Virus record (IMG/VR): IMGVR_UViG_3300008451_000399
Span: 1-64,000 of that record
Length of the DNA: 64,000 nucleotides
DNA from: a virus
Direction: 5' to 3' (one strand)
Shown piece by piece: positions 25,701 to 35,657 of this stretch. A program made the position numbers and the translations under genes. Within the stretch, counting starts at the first letter, position 1; each line of letters begins with the position of its first letter. The notes below the pieces were generated by a model. The model was not told the origin of the DNA. It saw only the letters and a program-made list of their open reading frames with translations, and did no database searches.

Positions 25701-28263
25701 GGGTTCTAAGGGTTATAAAACGCTTGATGGTATTTCTAAAATTGTACACACTGCACAAATGGCTCGTAATCTAGTTGAAATGGGTCAGATGGCTATTAAA
25801 GCTGTGATGAATCAAGCTAGTGGCGATCCATACTCTGCATGGGTTAGAATGGGTGCAATGGCGGCAGCAATGGCAGCGTTAGGTTTTGCTGTTGGTGGAG
25901 GTTTTAGTAGTTCTGGTAGTGGTGGCATGAAAGCTGCTGACGTACAGAAAGCACAAGGTTCTGGTAGTGTGTTTGGAGACTCTGAAGCTAAGTCTGATAG
26001 TGTTAGGAAATCATTAGAACTTCTTAAATCAAGTTTTGACAAGCTTTATCCTGTCAATCAAGGTATGTTGAAAGCTTTACAATCTATTGAGAATAGTATG
26101 ACAGGTTTGACTAATCTTGTTGTACGCTCAGGAGGTGTTGCTGAAGGCACAAACATGGGGATTAAAGAAGGTGTTACATCTAAGAGTAGTATTGGCTGGA
26201 TTCCTTCTATAATATTAGGTGGTGTGACAGCTCCTGTAATTAAATTCTTAGGAAACTTATGGGGCAAAACTACACAAAACATTGTTGACTCTGGTATTCA
26301 GTTTGGTGGTAGTTTAGCTGGAATGAAACAAGGTCAAGGCTTTAATCAGTATGCCTCTGTTGATACAACTAAATCATCTTGGTTTGGTTTGAAAAAAGAC
26401 ACAACAAATACTGTGCAAACTCAAGGTTTGAATGAAGAAATCTCTAAACAATTAGGTATGGTGTTTGGCAATATGCAGACAGCATTAGAAGAAGCTGGTA
26501 AAGCATTGTTTGGTTCCTCAGACGGAATTACAAAAGCTCTTGATGCCTTAGTGTTGACTACAAATAAAATCTCTTTGAAAGGATTGACAGGTCAAGCTTT
26601 AACAGACGCTATCAACGCTGTAGTTTCTAAGGGCTTAGATGAAATGGCTTCTGCTGCTTTTAAAGGTTTTGAAGAGTTTCAAAAAGTTGGTGAAGGTATG
26701 GCACAAACAGTGCTTCGTGTTGCAAATAACTTTGCCACAATGAATGCTACTTTAGCTAAACTCAATTTGACAACATTTGAAACATCTATGGCTGGTGTAA
26801 AGGCTTCAGATTCATTCTTGAAGTTGTTTGACAGTTTAGAAGATTTCCAATCAGCATCATCAGCTTACTACGACAAGTTCTTCACAGAAGCAGAGAAGAA
26901 TGAAAAAGTTATGAATGCTTTGAAGATTCAATTCCAAGGGATGAATTTAGAGCTTCCTAATTCTATCAAAGCGTATCGACAGCTTGTAGAAACTACTACA
27001 GACCCTGTTAAATTAGCAGCATTATTAAAACTATCTGGTGCTTTTGCAGAATTGTTTGGAACTGCTTCAGCAGGTACAGAGAAGATGAGGGAAGCTATTG
27101 ACGAGACAGCTAAATCAGCAGAGCGTTGGCTGAGTATTCGTAATCAAGCAGCATCTTTACAAGACTCTATTAACTCTGCAATGGGTAATCCTGAGCGTGA
27201 CCCTGCTGTACGAATGAAGAAGTTGTGGGACGATATGGCTGCTGACATTACTCCTGAACAAAAACTTGCATTAGCTGGTGAATTGAAAGATTTAATATTA
27301 GCTAAGTATCAAGTTGAAAAAGAAGCAATGACAAAGCTAATTGAGTTTGGTAAGCAACTAAGAAGTTATGTAGAAAGCTTGAAAGTTGGTAGCTTGTCTC
27401 CACTAACATTGCAAGAGAAATTGTTAGAAGCTAAGAAACAATATGAGGCAACTTTAGCTAAAGCCCAAGGCGGAGATGTTACAGCACAAGGAGCTTTACA
27501 AGGTAAATCTGACACGTATTTGCAATTAGCTCAAACAGCTTTGGCATCAAGTGGACAATACCAAGAAGTATTTAACTCTGTGACAAACAGCTTAGATGCA
27601 TTAGGTGTTGAAAGCATGTCTGCTGCTGAACGTGCAACACAGATTGCTAACAGTCAACTTGAGCAATTGCAAAAGTTAAAAGATTACGCTAACTCAATTG
27701 AAATTACTTCTGATAGGTATTACAATGAAAGCATTGTCAAACTTTCTTCTCAAGTGATGTTGCTAGACTCTATGAACAAGAAAATGGGTGTGTTCGACAC
27801 GATTGCTGTTACATTGGCTGGCATGTCTGCTCAGATAGCTGCTGCTGTAGCTGGTAAAACAGGTAGTGGTGTTACAACAGGTATTACAGGAACAACTCAA
27901 GACTTTATCACATCATTGTACCAACAATACGCTGGTAAGTCTGCTTCTCAAATTGATGTTGGTGGTATGGAGTATTGGAAACAAGAGTTGTTACAATACG
28001 GAAAAGACTATGTAACTAAGGCTTTTGCTGAATCTGTTAAAGCTCCTGCTCCAACACAAAGTAATGCTGCACTTATTGATGAAATAAAAGCACTCCGAGA
28101 AGAAGTAGTTGGATTACGTGCGGATAGTGGAGTCAATACAACTAACACAATTCAAGCCGTTATTATGTCTAACAACGACAATGCTAAACAAGTTGTTGAT
28201 GGTACAAATCAAAATAGACAAACACAATCGTGGGTAGAATCTAATTCTCCTGCTTTAGTTTAA
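22738..28263 (+). CDS. tape measure protein
   Basis: 1841 aa helical; QFSQSL..G.L.G.EFNSI.E..P...LKKLA.DGKIT motif; GDPYSA..RM.AM.A segment. Confidence 0.95.
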   Translation: MGMTTSELSMKVKSEGIAQAAIDLGNLAKAASSVDAETRSFIVSQQKMNSSSDKSAKASELLDLKITKQKLSIQALIERTERLAAANTSLQAKQEQIANSKLAAELERQASAAQKAAQSAEAHERAMTKQHIQALKMNEAFDKQAKGLDEVNRRGNVYVNTLRSMATAALAYVGVNFFTDVVKQADAWSLAQSKLKLAVGSMEGAIVAQKDLYEISQKLRVPLEDTTKLFTRMMVPLQKMGKTSSDAKEMVSAFSTALKLSGATGQEAASAMLQFSQSLNAGRLNGGEFNSIAEASPNILRAVEAEFKRLGVSVEGTSGGLKKLAADGKITTEILYNAIKNASPKWAKEFETLPLTVDGALTRIKNAWGKAIGELGQDTKFNEKMAASLKKLEEMLPSIAKAIVGVFSFIVDNGDVILKVFAGIASATVLFNIGSLATKMWLAYQSVVAVTGAVGGLTKAFALIGITPVGAALVVLGTIIAGGIALWNNWNKEVSDSEKARKKIIEDSDSIVSKINAENNEIKKQIDLLLLATGQQARYNIEKNGGSASKTDVDTQFVTATEAYKNYAKAEKDLSDAIKAKGRVPFQLYEDVRKNRDIAYAANIKYENALAGFREQQALKVEQQDRLAIKNRQEIQETQLKALMSEAELAKKVRQDSLKQLEDDAKKEAWLPSMVANQKLIIEKKYREDLEKIKTPKSEKEADKNLKAHLDRMTEMADKLRNMRTELEGMQKFGVDWDKMLPEEKAFADISNNMSSLISKIGAKRAEEEKARAGEIEAAAKEKRSLEEKVANQLKGIELAKSGMQSAQDELTRNEALLESEEKRAEVLAKIAAVKAYDEYQTKQLDPTVHEKELAFLYERYLLLQKNAEVVNKKVEKDETNKADEEAKKLLDAMFDTTKIDKWETASSKAMKGMLKGVVDLTKAFDKLNAKKETLAEAEKANEKRFKTNKISEIEYEQNKAKLQEKSTEYYLSSLAEMTDASKNFFDEGSKGYKTLDGISKIVHTAQMARNLVEMGQMAIKAVMNQASGDPYSAWVRMGAMAAAMAALGFAVGGGFSSSGSGGMKAADVQKAQGSGSVFGDSEAKSDSVRKSLELLKSSFDKLYPVNQGMLKALQSIENSMTGLTNLVVRSGGVAEGTNMGIKEGVTSKSSIGWIPSIILGGVTAPVIKFLGNLWGKTTQNIVDSGIQFGGSLAGMKQGQGFNQYASVDTTKSSWFGLKKDTTNTVQTQGLNEEISKQLGMVFGNMQTALEEAGKALFGSSDGITKALDALVLTTNKISLKGLTGQALTDAINAVVSKGLDEMASAAFKGFEEFQKVGEGMAQTVLRVANNFATMNATLAKLNLTTFETSMAGVKASDSFLKLFDSLEDFQSASSAYYDKFFTEAEKNEKVMNALKIQFQGMNLELPNSIKAYRQLVETTTDPVKLAALLKLSGAFAELFGTASAGTEKMREAIDETAKSAERWLSIRNQAASLQDSINSAMGNPERDPAVRMKKLWDDMAADITPEQKLALAGELKDLILAKYQVEKEAMTKLIEFGKQLRSYVESLKVGSLSPLTLQEKLLEAKKQYEATLAKAQGGDVTAQGALQGKSDTYLQLAQTALASSGQYQEVFNSVTNSLDALGVESMSAAERATQIANSQLEQLQKLKDYANSIEITSDRYYNESIVKLSSQVMLLDSMNKKMGVFDTIAVTLAGMSAQIAAAVAGKTGSGVTTGITGTTQDFITSLYQQYAGKSASQIDVGGMEYWKQELLQYGKDYVTKAFAESVKAPAPTQSNAALIDEIKALREEVVGLRADSGVNTTNTIQAVIMSNNDNAKQVVDGTNQNRQTQSWVESNSPALV

Positions 28264-28278
28264 TTAAAGGAAATAAAT

Positions 28279-29754
28279 ATGGCAATTTCAGACAGTGAAT
28301 ACATCTCTTGGCTTTCTTCTCCATCTGCTATCAGATGTATTCTTGTCGAAGCCAAATGTAATTCTGGCGGTACAGAGGTAACTCGTTATTTATCTAATCG
28401 AGGTTATGTAACAAGTCCATCTTCAACTCCAGCTAACACTGAATACAAAGGTGTTATCAAAGCTGGAGTTAAGCTGACAGAAACCCTTTCTCTGGAATCT
28501 AACGCAACCCTTTCTTACGGGGATATTGAGCTAGATAATACATCAGGAGAATTAGATTCTTGGCTTGACGATGTGTGGGACAATAGAGATGTAGCTGTAT
28601 TTTATGGAGATGTGAAATGGGAACGAGCTGACTTCAGACTTGTATTTGACGGAGTGTTGTCAGGTGTTGGTAGCTCTTCACGTACATCCCTTAATCTAAT
28701 GTTAAGAGACAATTTACAGAAACTCAACACCCCTATTTCGGATGTAAAGCTTGGTGGAAGCTCTACTAACAAGGATAGACTTATTCCTATTACTATCGGG
28801 GAATGTCACAATGTAAGTCCTTTGTTGACAGACGCTGTAAATCATGAGTATCAAGTACACACTGGAGCTATTGAGTCTATTATTGAAGTGAGGGATAACG
28901 GTGCTCCTATCACAGTGACACCCCTCTTGTCAACAGGGAAATTTAGATTAACATCTTCCCCCGTTGGAACAATTACTTGCTCAATCCAAGGTGCAAAATC
29001 ATCCACATACAGTAATCAAATTGTGGATGCTATTAAATTGTTAGTCAAGTCTTTTGGCACACCGGCAAACAGGTTGACAGATTCAGATTTAGATGGTACA
29101 AATCTTTCAAGCTTTGCTTCTTCAAATACAGCTCCAATAGGGTTTTATCAATCTGACAGGATTAACTTATTAGAAGCTATTCAACAATTAGCTGGAAGTG
29201 TTGGGGGACAGATAACTACATCTAGGGCTGGATTATTGAAAATACTTCGTATTGATTTTCCTCCTTCTGGAACTCCTGTGCTTATTAATACGGATCACAT
29301 TGTAGAGAAATCATTCGGGGTAGACAGCAGACTCCCTATTCAATCTTCTGTTAAGATTGGTTATTGTAAAAACTATACAGTAGAAAACAATCTTCAAACC
29401 GTTATTCCAGAAGAGCATAAGAGTTTATATGAACAGGAATGGCTTACTATAACACAATCTGACAGTACAGTGGCTACTAAGTATAAACAAATAGCAGAGC
29501 CTGTGCAGAAAGACACTTTGTTATTAACTACAGCTACAGCAACAACAGAAGCAACAAGACGTTTGAATATTGTCAAGCAACAACGTACTGTATACAAGAT
29601 GACTTGTTTTGCAAGTATGTTTAATTTAGAACTTGGTCAGGCTGTTACTTTGAAACACCCTCGTTTTGGACTCAGTTCTGGAGTATTAGGGGTTGTTGTA
29701 GGGCTAGAACCAGATTGGATAAATGCAAGAATAACAGTGAAAGTAATGGTGTAA
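28279..29754 (+). CDS. tail tip / baseplate hub protein
   Basis: 491 aa after TMP; PI..GECHNV.P, EVRDNG, LELGQ.V.L.HPRFGL motifs. Confidence 0.7.
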   Translation: MAISDSEYISWLSSPSAIRCILVEAKCNSGGTEVTRYLSNRGYVTSPSSTPANTEYKGVIKAGVKLTETLSLESNATLSYGDIELDNTSGELDSWLDDVWDNRDVAVFYGDVKWERADFRLVFDGVLSGVGSSSRTSLNLMLRDNLQKLNTPISDVKLGGSSTNKDRLIPITIGECHNVSPLLTDAVNHEYQVHTGAIESIIEVRDNGAPITVTPLLSTGKFRLTSSPVGTITCSIQGAKSSTYSNQIVDAIKLLVKSFGTPANRLTDSDLDGTNLSSFASSNTAPIGFYQSDRINLLEAIQQLAGSVGGQITTSRAGLLKILRIDFPPSGTPVLINTDHIVEKSFGVDSRLPIQSSVKIGYCKNYTVENNLQTVIPEEHKSLYEQEWLTITQSDSTVATKYKQIAEPVQKDTLLLTTATATTEATRRLNIVKQQRTVYKMTCFASMFNLELGQAVTLKHPRFGLSSGVLGVVVGLEPDWINARITVKVMV

Positions 29755-29755
29755 T

Positions 29756-31408
29756 ATGGCAACAGTTGTAAATACAAGAGATGTATTGTTATTAGCAGCT
29801 TCTCCGCGTTTGTTGTGGACTGGTGTTCGTGGAGTAAAGATAACAGCAGATTCTACTACATTTAAAGTGACAGCCGCTGGTTCACCTACGCCTTCTACAA
29901 TTAACCTAACAAGTGCATTGAATGGTGTTTCAGGAACAGTGAATTGGACTGTCACATTTGGCACTGCAACATTGTCAAGTTCTACAGGAGCTACAACATC
30001 TCTTGTATATAGCAACATGACCACAAGTGTTGTTACTATCAAAGCAACTGTAACGGATGGTGGAGTTGCATACACAGACACTATTACTTTATCTAAAGTT
30101 GTTGATGGCGCAACAGGGGCTACAGGAGCCACAGGTTCAGCAGGTGCTGCAGGAGATCAAGGAGCAAGTTCTCGTATTGCTTACACTTTAATAGATGGAA
30201 ATAGCTTAAACTCGACACCGACAAGTGTTACAGTTTCTGGTGATTCTAAACCCTCTTCTGGAACTTGGGGAGAAACTAGATCATGGACTAATTCACCAAG
30301 TAGTCCCTCTGCAGGTCAAGCTGTTTTCCAATCTACAGGAACTTATAATCCTACTACGAATCAGACAGTTTGGGTGGTTCCTTACTTGAGCAATTTAAAA
30401 GTTGGGCAACTATCAGCTATTACAGCAGACATTGGTACAATAACAGCAGGGAGTTTAACAGCTAATGTGACTATTGTTTCCAATGGGAATATTAAAGCAA
30501 GTGGACAGAACTCTAACTTATCAAGTGTATGGGGAGATAACCCGAATACGAATAGTTATGGCGTAGCTGGAACTTGCAATACAACAGGAGGTACTGGAGT
30601 ATTTGGTGTTGGGACAGCTCAAGGTGTCTATGGTTCTAGCCCATCAGGAAAGGCTATTTATGGGAATACCGACACAGGGTATGCTGTATATGGTATTTCA
30701 AGTAGTTCGTCTGGTGTAGGTGGATACTTCACCGCAGTAACAGGCTACGCTTTGCAAACAAGTGGTAAAAGCTTATTCCAAGAGTTTGATGCTATTACAC
30801 TGACTTCAGAATGCAGCTCATCTAGCTATTCATCAGGTGTATTTAGAAATACAAGTAGTGGTAAAGTTATTTCATTAGGTGGCGGTAGTTATGCTGCTTA
30901 CAGTGGAAGTGGTGATGGCAAGATTTATGCTGTAGATGGTTTTACTCCTTTTACTGGAAGCCACAATGGGCTAATACTGAAACGACAGTTTCCAGAAGTA
31001 GGTGATATTGTATGTGATGTTGCTACAATATTCAAGCATGATGTAAGCAATACATTAAGTGAAATTGCTTGTAGTTCTGTTGCTAATGATAAAAGAGTTA
31101 TTGGAGTATTTGTATCAGAAGAACATGATAATCCTCTTGACATTCCTGATGAAGAATGGTATAATTACAAGGAAAAATATTCTTTAATTTCTTTCAATGC
31201 AGTTGGTGAAGGATGTATCAATGTATGTGGAGAGAATGGCAATATTGAAATAGGTGATTTAATTGTAACATCCTCTCAATCTGGAAAAGGTATGAAACAA
31301 TCAGATGATATTGTACGAAACATAACTGTAGCAAAATCCAGAGAAGATGTCAAGTTCGATTCACCTACGCAAATTAAACAAATAGCATGTATTTATATGT
31401 GCGGATAA
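29756..31408 (+). CDS. tail spike/fibre protein with C-terminal intramolecular-chaperone (peptidase G2-like) domain
   Basis: LKVGQLSAITADIGTITAG, GVYG beta-helix repeats, FTGSH...NAVGEG.INVCGENGNIE.GD.I.TS...GKGMKQ.DD. Confidence 0.7.
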   Translation: MATVVNTRDVLLLAASPRLLWTGVRGVKITADSTTFKVTAAGSPTPSTINLTSALNGVSGTVNWTVTFGTATLSSSTGATTSLVYSNMTTSVVTIKATVTDGGVAYTDTITLSKVVDGATGATGATGSAGAAGDQGASSRIAYTLIDGNSLNSTPTSVTVSGDSKPSSGTWGETRSWTNSPSSPSAGQAVFQSTGTYNPTTNQTVWVVPYLSNLKVGQLSAITADIGTITAGSLTANVTIVSNGNIKASGQNSNLSSVWGDNPNTNSYGVAGTCNTTGGTGVFGVGTAQGVYGSSPSGKAIYGNTDTGYAVYGISSSSSGVGGYFTAVTGYALQTSGKSLFQEFDAITLTSECSSSSYSSGVFRNTSSGKVISLGGGSYAAYSGSGDGKIYAVDGFTPFTGSHNGLILKRQFPEVGDIVCDVATIFKHDVSNTLSEIACSSVANDKRVIGVFVSEEHDNPLDIPDEEWYNYKEKYSLISFNAVGEGCINVCGENGNIEIGDLIVTSSQSGKGMKQSDDIVRNITVAKSREDVKFDSPTQIKQIACIYMCG

Positions 31409-31420
31409 TAAGAGGTTTTA

Positions 31421-32251
31421 GTGAGTAATATTAGAATTGTTTACAACAATGCAGCAGACAGAGCTACTATTACAGCTTCTTCAACAGCAGGTAGTTTAGC
31501 AGCTTCTAATTTAAAGACAGATTTTAAGTCTGCTATCTACCGTAGCACAGGAACAACTACAACAATTACACTAACTTGGACAACTGCTGAATTTGTTGGT
31601 ATGGTGGCATTACCTTTTAGTAATCTTACAAGTCCTGCAACACTTCAAGTAAAGTGCTACACAGAGTCTACAGATGTTTCTCCTGTGTTAGATACAGGTG
31701 TTGTTAGTGCTTGTGCAGCAGCTCCGCTAGGAGCTTGGGATTGGGGTAATGTTCCATTAGGTGTTAATGCATATTCGTATGTAGGTAGTGCTTATGGTAG
31801 AGCTTGGTTCGAAACAAATGCTATTAAGAAAATGGAAGTGATTATCTCAGATACAACAAATCCTTCAGGATACATTGAAGCATCTCGTATTGTGTGTGGA
31901 GCCTATTTTGAGCCAATTAACAATGCAGAGTTAAATGCTCAATGGGCTGTCAATGAGACTAGCACAAATACACGTAATGATAGCTCAGATTTGATTACAG
32001 ATTTAGGTAGTAAGAGTAAGAAGATTTCTTTCAGTTTGGAACATATGACTCCTTCAGATAGAGCTTCTGTGACCAATATCCTGAGAGGTAATGGTATTGC
32101 GCGTCCTGTATTCTTAAGTTTGTTTCCTGAAGACAGTGATGCTAGTCAAGAACAACTATATCAAGTGTATGGTAAATTAAGTCAACAATCTGCTGTGAGT
32201 ATTGCCTATTGGAATGCATATAGTAGTACATTAGAAGTGGAGGAAAGTTAA
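31421..32251 (+). CDS. minor tail protein (distal-tail-like)
   Basis: 276 aa; D..NP.GYIEASR...G.YF.P..N motif. Confidence 0.6.
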   Translation: MSNIRIVYNNAADRATITASSTAGSLAASNLKTDFKSAIYRSTGTTTTITLTWTTAEFVGMVALPFSNLTSPATLQVKCYTESTDVSPVLDTGVVSACAAAPLGAWDWGNVPLGVNAYSYVGSAYGRAWFETNAIKKMEVIISDTTNPSGYIEASRIVCGAYFEPINNAELNAQWAVNETSTNTRNDSSDLITDLGSKSKKISFSLEHMTPSDRASVTNILRGNGIARPVFLSLFPEDSDASQEQLYQVYGKLSQQSAVSIAYWNAYSSTLEVEES

Positions 32252-35088
32252 TGCCTACATCAGTTTTTTATGCAGGTCAAGCAGATTATATCCCTAAGTT
32301 GAACGCTTTGTGGGACAGAGGAACAGCCTCATTGTACGGCACAAGTACAGATAGCGAAACACTTTCATTAGGTGCTAAAACCTTGACAACACAGACAGGG
32401 TTGCAGTTCTATACGGGCAGTCAGATTACAATTACTTATGCTAGTGATTTGACGAAATATATGTCAGGAGTTGTGTCTGATTATGACTCAGAAACAGGGG
32501 TTTTAGATATAAACATCACCTCAGTAAGTGGTAGTGGTACATTTGCAAACTGGACTCTCACTCTGTCTGGTGCAGCAGGAGCTGCTGGTATTGCTGATAA
32601 TATCAGTATCGGTACAGTTGCACAAGGGGTAACAGCTTCGGCAAATATTACAGGCACAAGTCCTGATAAGTATTTAAACTTAGTGTTACAAAAAGGTGAC
32701 AAAGGAGATAAAGGGGACACTGGTAACGTAGGTGCTCCTAACGTATTAACTATTGGTACAGTTGCTCAAGGTACTGCTGCAGCTTCTATCACAGGAACAA
32801 GTCCATCTCAAGTGCTGAACTTAACTCTCCCAAAAGGGGATAAAGGAGATACGGGTGACACAGGGGCAGCAGGTCTTGTTGCTAAAGGCGCTTGGAATAG
32901 CGCAACAAATTATGCACAGAATGATTGGGTTACTTATTCAGGCTCATCTTACTATCGCAAAGTAGCAGGTACAACTGGTACAGACCCTGCAACGGACACA
33001 ACCAATTGGGGTATACTAGCACAAAAAGGAGCTGATGGTACAGGAGCTGTTTCTAGTGTTACAGCTAGTGCTCCTTTGTCTAGTTCTGGTGGCGCAACTC
33101 CTAACATTACTATTGCAACAGCAGATACATCTACTACAGGTGTATTGACAAGTGCAGATTGGAATACATTCAACAGTAAACTTGGAAGTATCCCTAATAC
33201 AACAGTTTCAGTGGGTTCTTATGGTAGTGCTACACAATCTCCTACATTCACAGTTGGTGCAGATGGTAGGCTAACTGTAGCGAGTAACGTTACAGTTACA
33301 CCTGCATGGACTTCTGTGACAGGTAAGCCAACGTTTGCAACTGTTGCAACAACGGGGGCTTATAGTGACTTAACAGGCACACCTGCTGCATACAGCTTAC
33401 CGACAGCCTCCACAACTATATTAGGTGGTGTTAAGGTTGATGGCACAAGTATTACAATTAGTAGTGGTGTGATTAGTGCGTCAGGTGGTGGTATAGTTGT
33501 AACAGATGTCTCTACTACCGAGTATGGGCAACTTACAACACTTCCTGATGCTACAACACTATCTGTAGGTCAAACTTATACTTACATGAACAATGGAGAG
33601 TTTCCTAGAAGGGTGAATGACTTTAGCGGTAAATTGTTAGGGTTCATTCCTTCCAAAGATGCTTCTATAATCACACTGCAAGATAATTCTACAACAACAG
33701 GTGTTTGGTCTTGTAATAACATAGATGTGTTTGCTGTATCTGCACAGTTTAGCAGTCAAGTGGCTCTAGGAGGAGGTACATCTATTAGTGTAAACTTTAT
33801 TGTAGACATTGACTCTGATAGACAATTATTTATATTCTCTGGTGGTATAACAACTTGTTACGGTATTGTGTACGATAGGTCTAGTAACACGTGGGGAACA
33901 CCCACCCTCATTAGAAATGCTAATTGTTCTGTGTCTGCAATTTTGTATGACACAAATAAAGTAGTAGTTATTACAAATGCAGCTTCAACTGCAATGGAAG
34001 CAGTAATGTTATCTATTTCAGGAGTTAGCATCACTGTAGGAACTGCTGCAACTCAGACAGCGACAGTCTCGCCAACTTTCTTCGGTATTGTTGTTTGTAG
34101 CGGAAAAGTAGTCTTAAGCACACAAGAAACTGCTGGTACTCTCAGAGTTATCGATGTTAGTGGTACAACTTTGAGTTGGGCTTCCTCGACTACTTCTGGC
34201 ACTGGCGCTCAGAAAAGATTATTTAAAGTTTCTGAAACGCAAATACTCACGATTGCATGGAATACTAATATTTATGCAACTCCATTCTCTTTGTCAGGAA
34301 CTACGTTAACATTAGGTACAGAGGTTAATACAACTACTACAACTAACCCGTTTAGAGCTGTTCAGATGTCTGATGGCACAGTTTTGGTGGTTGCTACTAA
34401 CACTAATACAATGGCATGTTTAGCTTCAGTGACTTCAAATGTAGCAAATTTGTCGGTGGTTCAAGACGTTATCGCAAATGCCCTATCAAGCAATGTGACA
34501 ACATTTTTGGATTGGTCAATAATATCTGCTGATAAAATACTAGTAGTTGGTCAAACTACTACAACAGGTTATCGTGCTAATATCATCAGTAAATCAGGAA
34601 ATTCCATAACAAAAGGCACTGAGCTAACTGTTTCGGGAGCGACTGTTTCAGGAAGTGCTAATTGGGGTATCGCTCATACAACCTCTTCAATTGCTTATCT
34701 GCAAGCATCTTGGGCTGGTTCATCCAGTAGAATATCTCTGAATATATCAGGAACATCTCCTACTCTAGCTAAGATTGACAGAGCTTTTGAAGGGACTACC
34801 TATAAACCTTTGACAGTAAGTAATTCTTTTTACCAAGGGAATAGTGGGAATATGGGTATTTTTCCAGCAGAAGGTATTCTAAAAACTTCACAAGGGTCTT
34901 TAGCTTATTCGCAAACTACATCTGCGCCAGAAGCAACTTTAGTCACATCCAGTGGAATAACCTCTATACCAGCTAAATTTTATAGGGCTTCATTCAACAG
35001 AGCAAGAGGAAACAGGTTAAATGAGGAGTGGATTATTTCTGGCTACGGGGATGGATTTACATTGCAGAAAGTTGAGACAAGTTTATGA
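32251..35088 (+). CDS. tail fibre / receptor-binding protein
   Basis: 945 aa; collagen-like KGDKGD repeats, W....Y...D.V.Y.GSSY module, T/S-rich C-terminal repeats. Confidence 0.8.
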   Translation: MPTSVFYAGQADYIPKLNALWDRGTASLYGTSTDSETLSLGAKTLTTQTGLQFYTGSQITITYASDLTKYMSGVVSDYDSETGVLDINITSVSGSGTFANWTLTLSGAAGAAGIADNISIGTVAQGVTASANITGTSPDKYLNLVLQKGDKGDKGDTGNVGAPNVLTIGTVAQGTAAASITGTSPSQVLNLTLPKGDKGDTGDTGAAGLVAKGAWNSATNYAQNDWVTYSGSSYYRKVAGTTGTDPATDTTNWGILAQKGADGTGAVSSVTASAPLSSSGGATPNITIATADTSTTGVLTSADWNTFNSKLGSIPNTTVSVGSYGSATQSPTFTVGADGRLTVASNVTVTPAWTSVTGKPTFATVATTGAYSDLTGTPAAYSLPTASTTILGGVKVDGTSITISSGVISASGGGIVVTDVSTTEYGQLTTLPDATTLSVGQTYTYMNNGEFPRRVNDFSGKLLGFIPSKDASIITLQDNSTTTGVWSCNNIDVFAVSAQFSSQVALGGGTSISVNFIVDIDSDRQLFIFSGGITTCYGIVYDRSSNTWGTPTLIRNANCSVSAILYDTNKVVVITNAASTAMEAVMLSISGVSITVGTAATQTATVSPTFFGIVVCSGKVVLSTQETAGTLRVIDVSGTTLSWASSTTSGTGAQKRLFKVSETQILTIAWNTNIYATPFSLSGTTLTLGTEVNTTTTTNPFRAVQMSDGTVLVVATNTNTMACLASVTSNVANLSVVQDVIANALSSNVTTFLDWSIISADKILVVGQTTTTGYRANIISKSGNSITKGTELTVSGATVSGSANWGIAHTTSSIAYLQASWAGSSSRISLNISGTSPTLAKIDRAFEGTTYKPLTVSNSFYQGNSGNMGIFPAEGILKTSQGSLAYSQTTSAPEATLVTSSGITSIPAKFYRASFNRARGNRLNEEWIISGYGDGFTLQKVETSL

Positions 35089-35657
35089 TGTTATTTATCA
35101 GTAATAAGTTTTTTGGCAATTTCAGAGAAATTAATGTTGAATCAGAAGGATTGTCCTGTGATAACAGTTTTCTGCCATTCAGCGTTATTGGAACTAACTA
35201 TGCAATTGAAGATGGCTGGTTTGATAATACAATTGTAAAAACAACAGAAGAAATTAACAAAGAAAAACTTTCTATATGGGAAGATATTAAACTCCACAGA
35301 ACTAAAATCTTGGATGGTAATTTCTTTCATAATGGACATTGGTTCCATTGTACAGATAAAGATAAGATTGTATTTAGTAATCTGAAATCAACTGTACTGG
35401 AGCGTAGACTGGATAGCTTACCACTTAATGAAACTGCTACGCATGACGGTACTCCAGTGTATCTCAAGACAGTCGATAATGGGGCGATTACAATCACCTA
35501 CGAACAGGTTGGTGGTATTGTAAATGCTTGCACATCTCATGTCAAGAAAACTTACGAGTGTGCAGCATATCATCAGGTTATGTTGAACGCTTCTAACAGT
35601 CCCTCCTCTTACAATTGGAAAACAGGTTGGCAAATTCAATATGAGGATGAAACATGA
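35085..35657 (+). CDS. tail fibre assembly chaperone (DUF4376-like)
   Basis: WE.IK..R......G.WFH...KT.DN...Y.W..GW pattern after the fibre gene. Confidence 0.7.
   Translation: MMLFISNKFFGNFREINVESEGLSCDNSFLPFSVIGTNYAIEDGWFDNTIVKTTEEINKEKLSIWEDIKLHRTKILDGNFFHNGHWFHCTDKDKIVFSNLKSTVLERRLDSLPLNETATHDGTPVYLKTVDNGAITITYEQVGGIVNACTSHVKKTYECAAYHQVMLNASNSPSSYNWKTGWQIQYEDET

Noticed and set aside
22984-33173. Many short antisense ORFs within tail genes (and + strand ORFs within replication genes)
   Set aside because: They are mirror frames of biased coding sequence, with no RBS or motif support.
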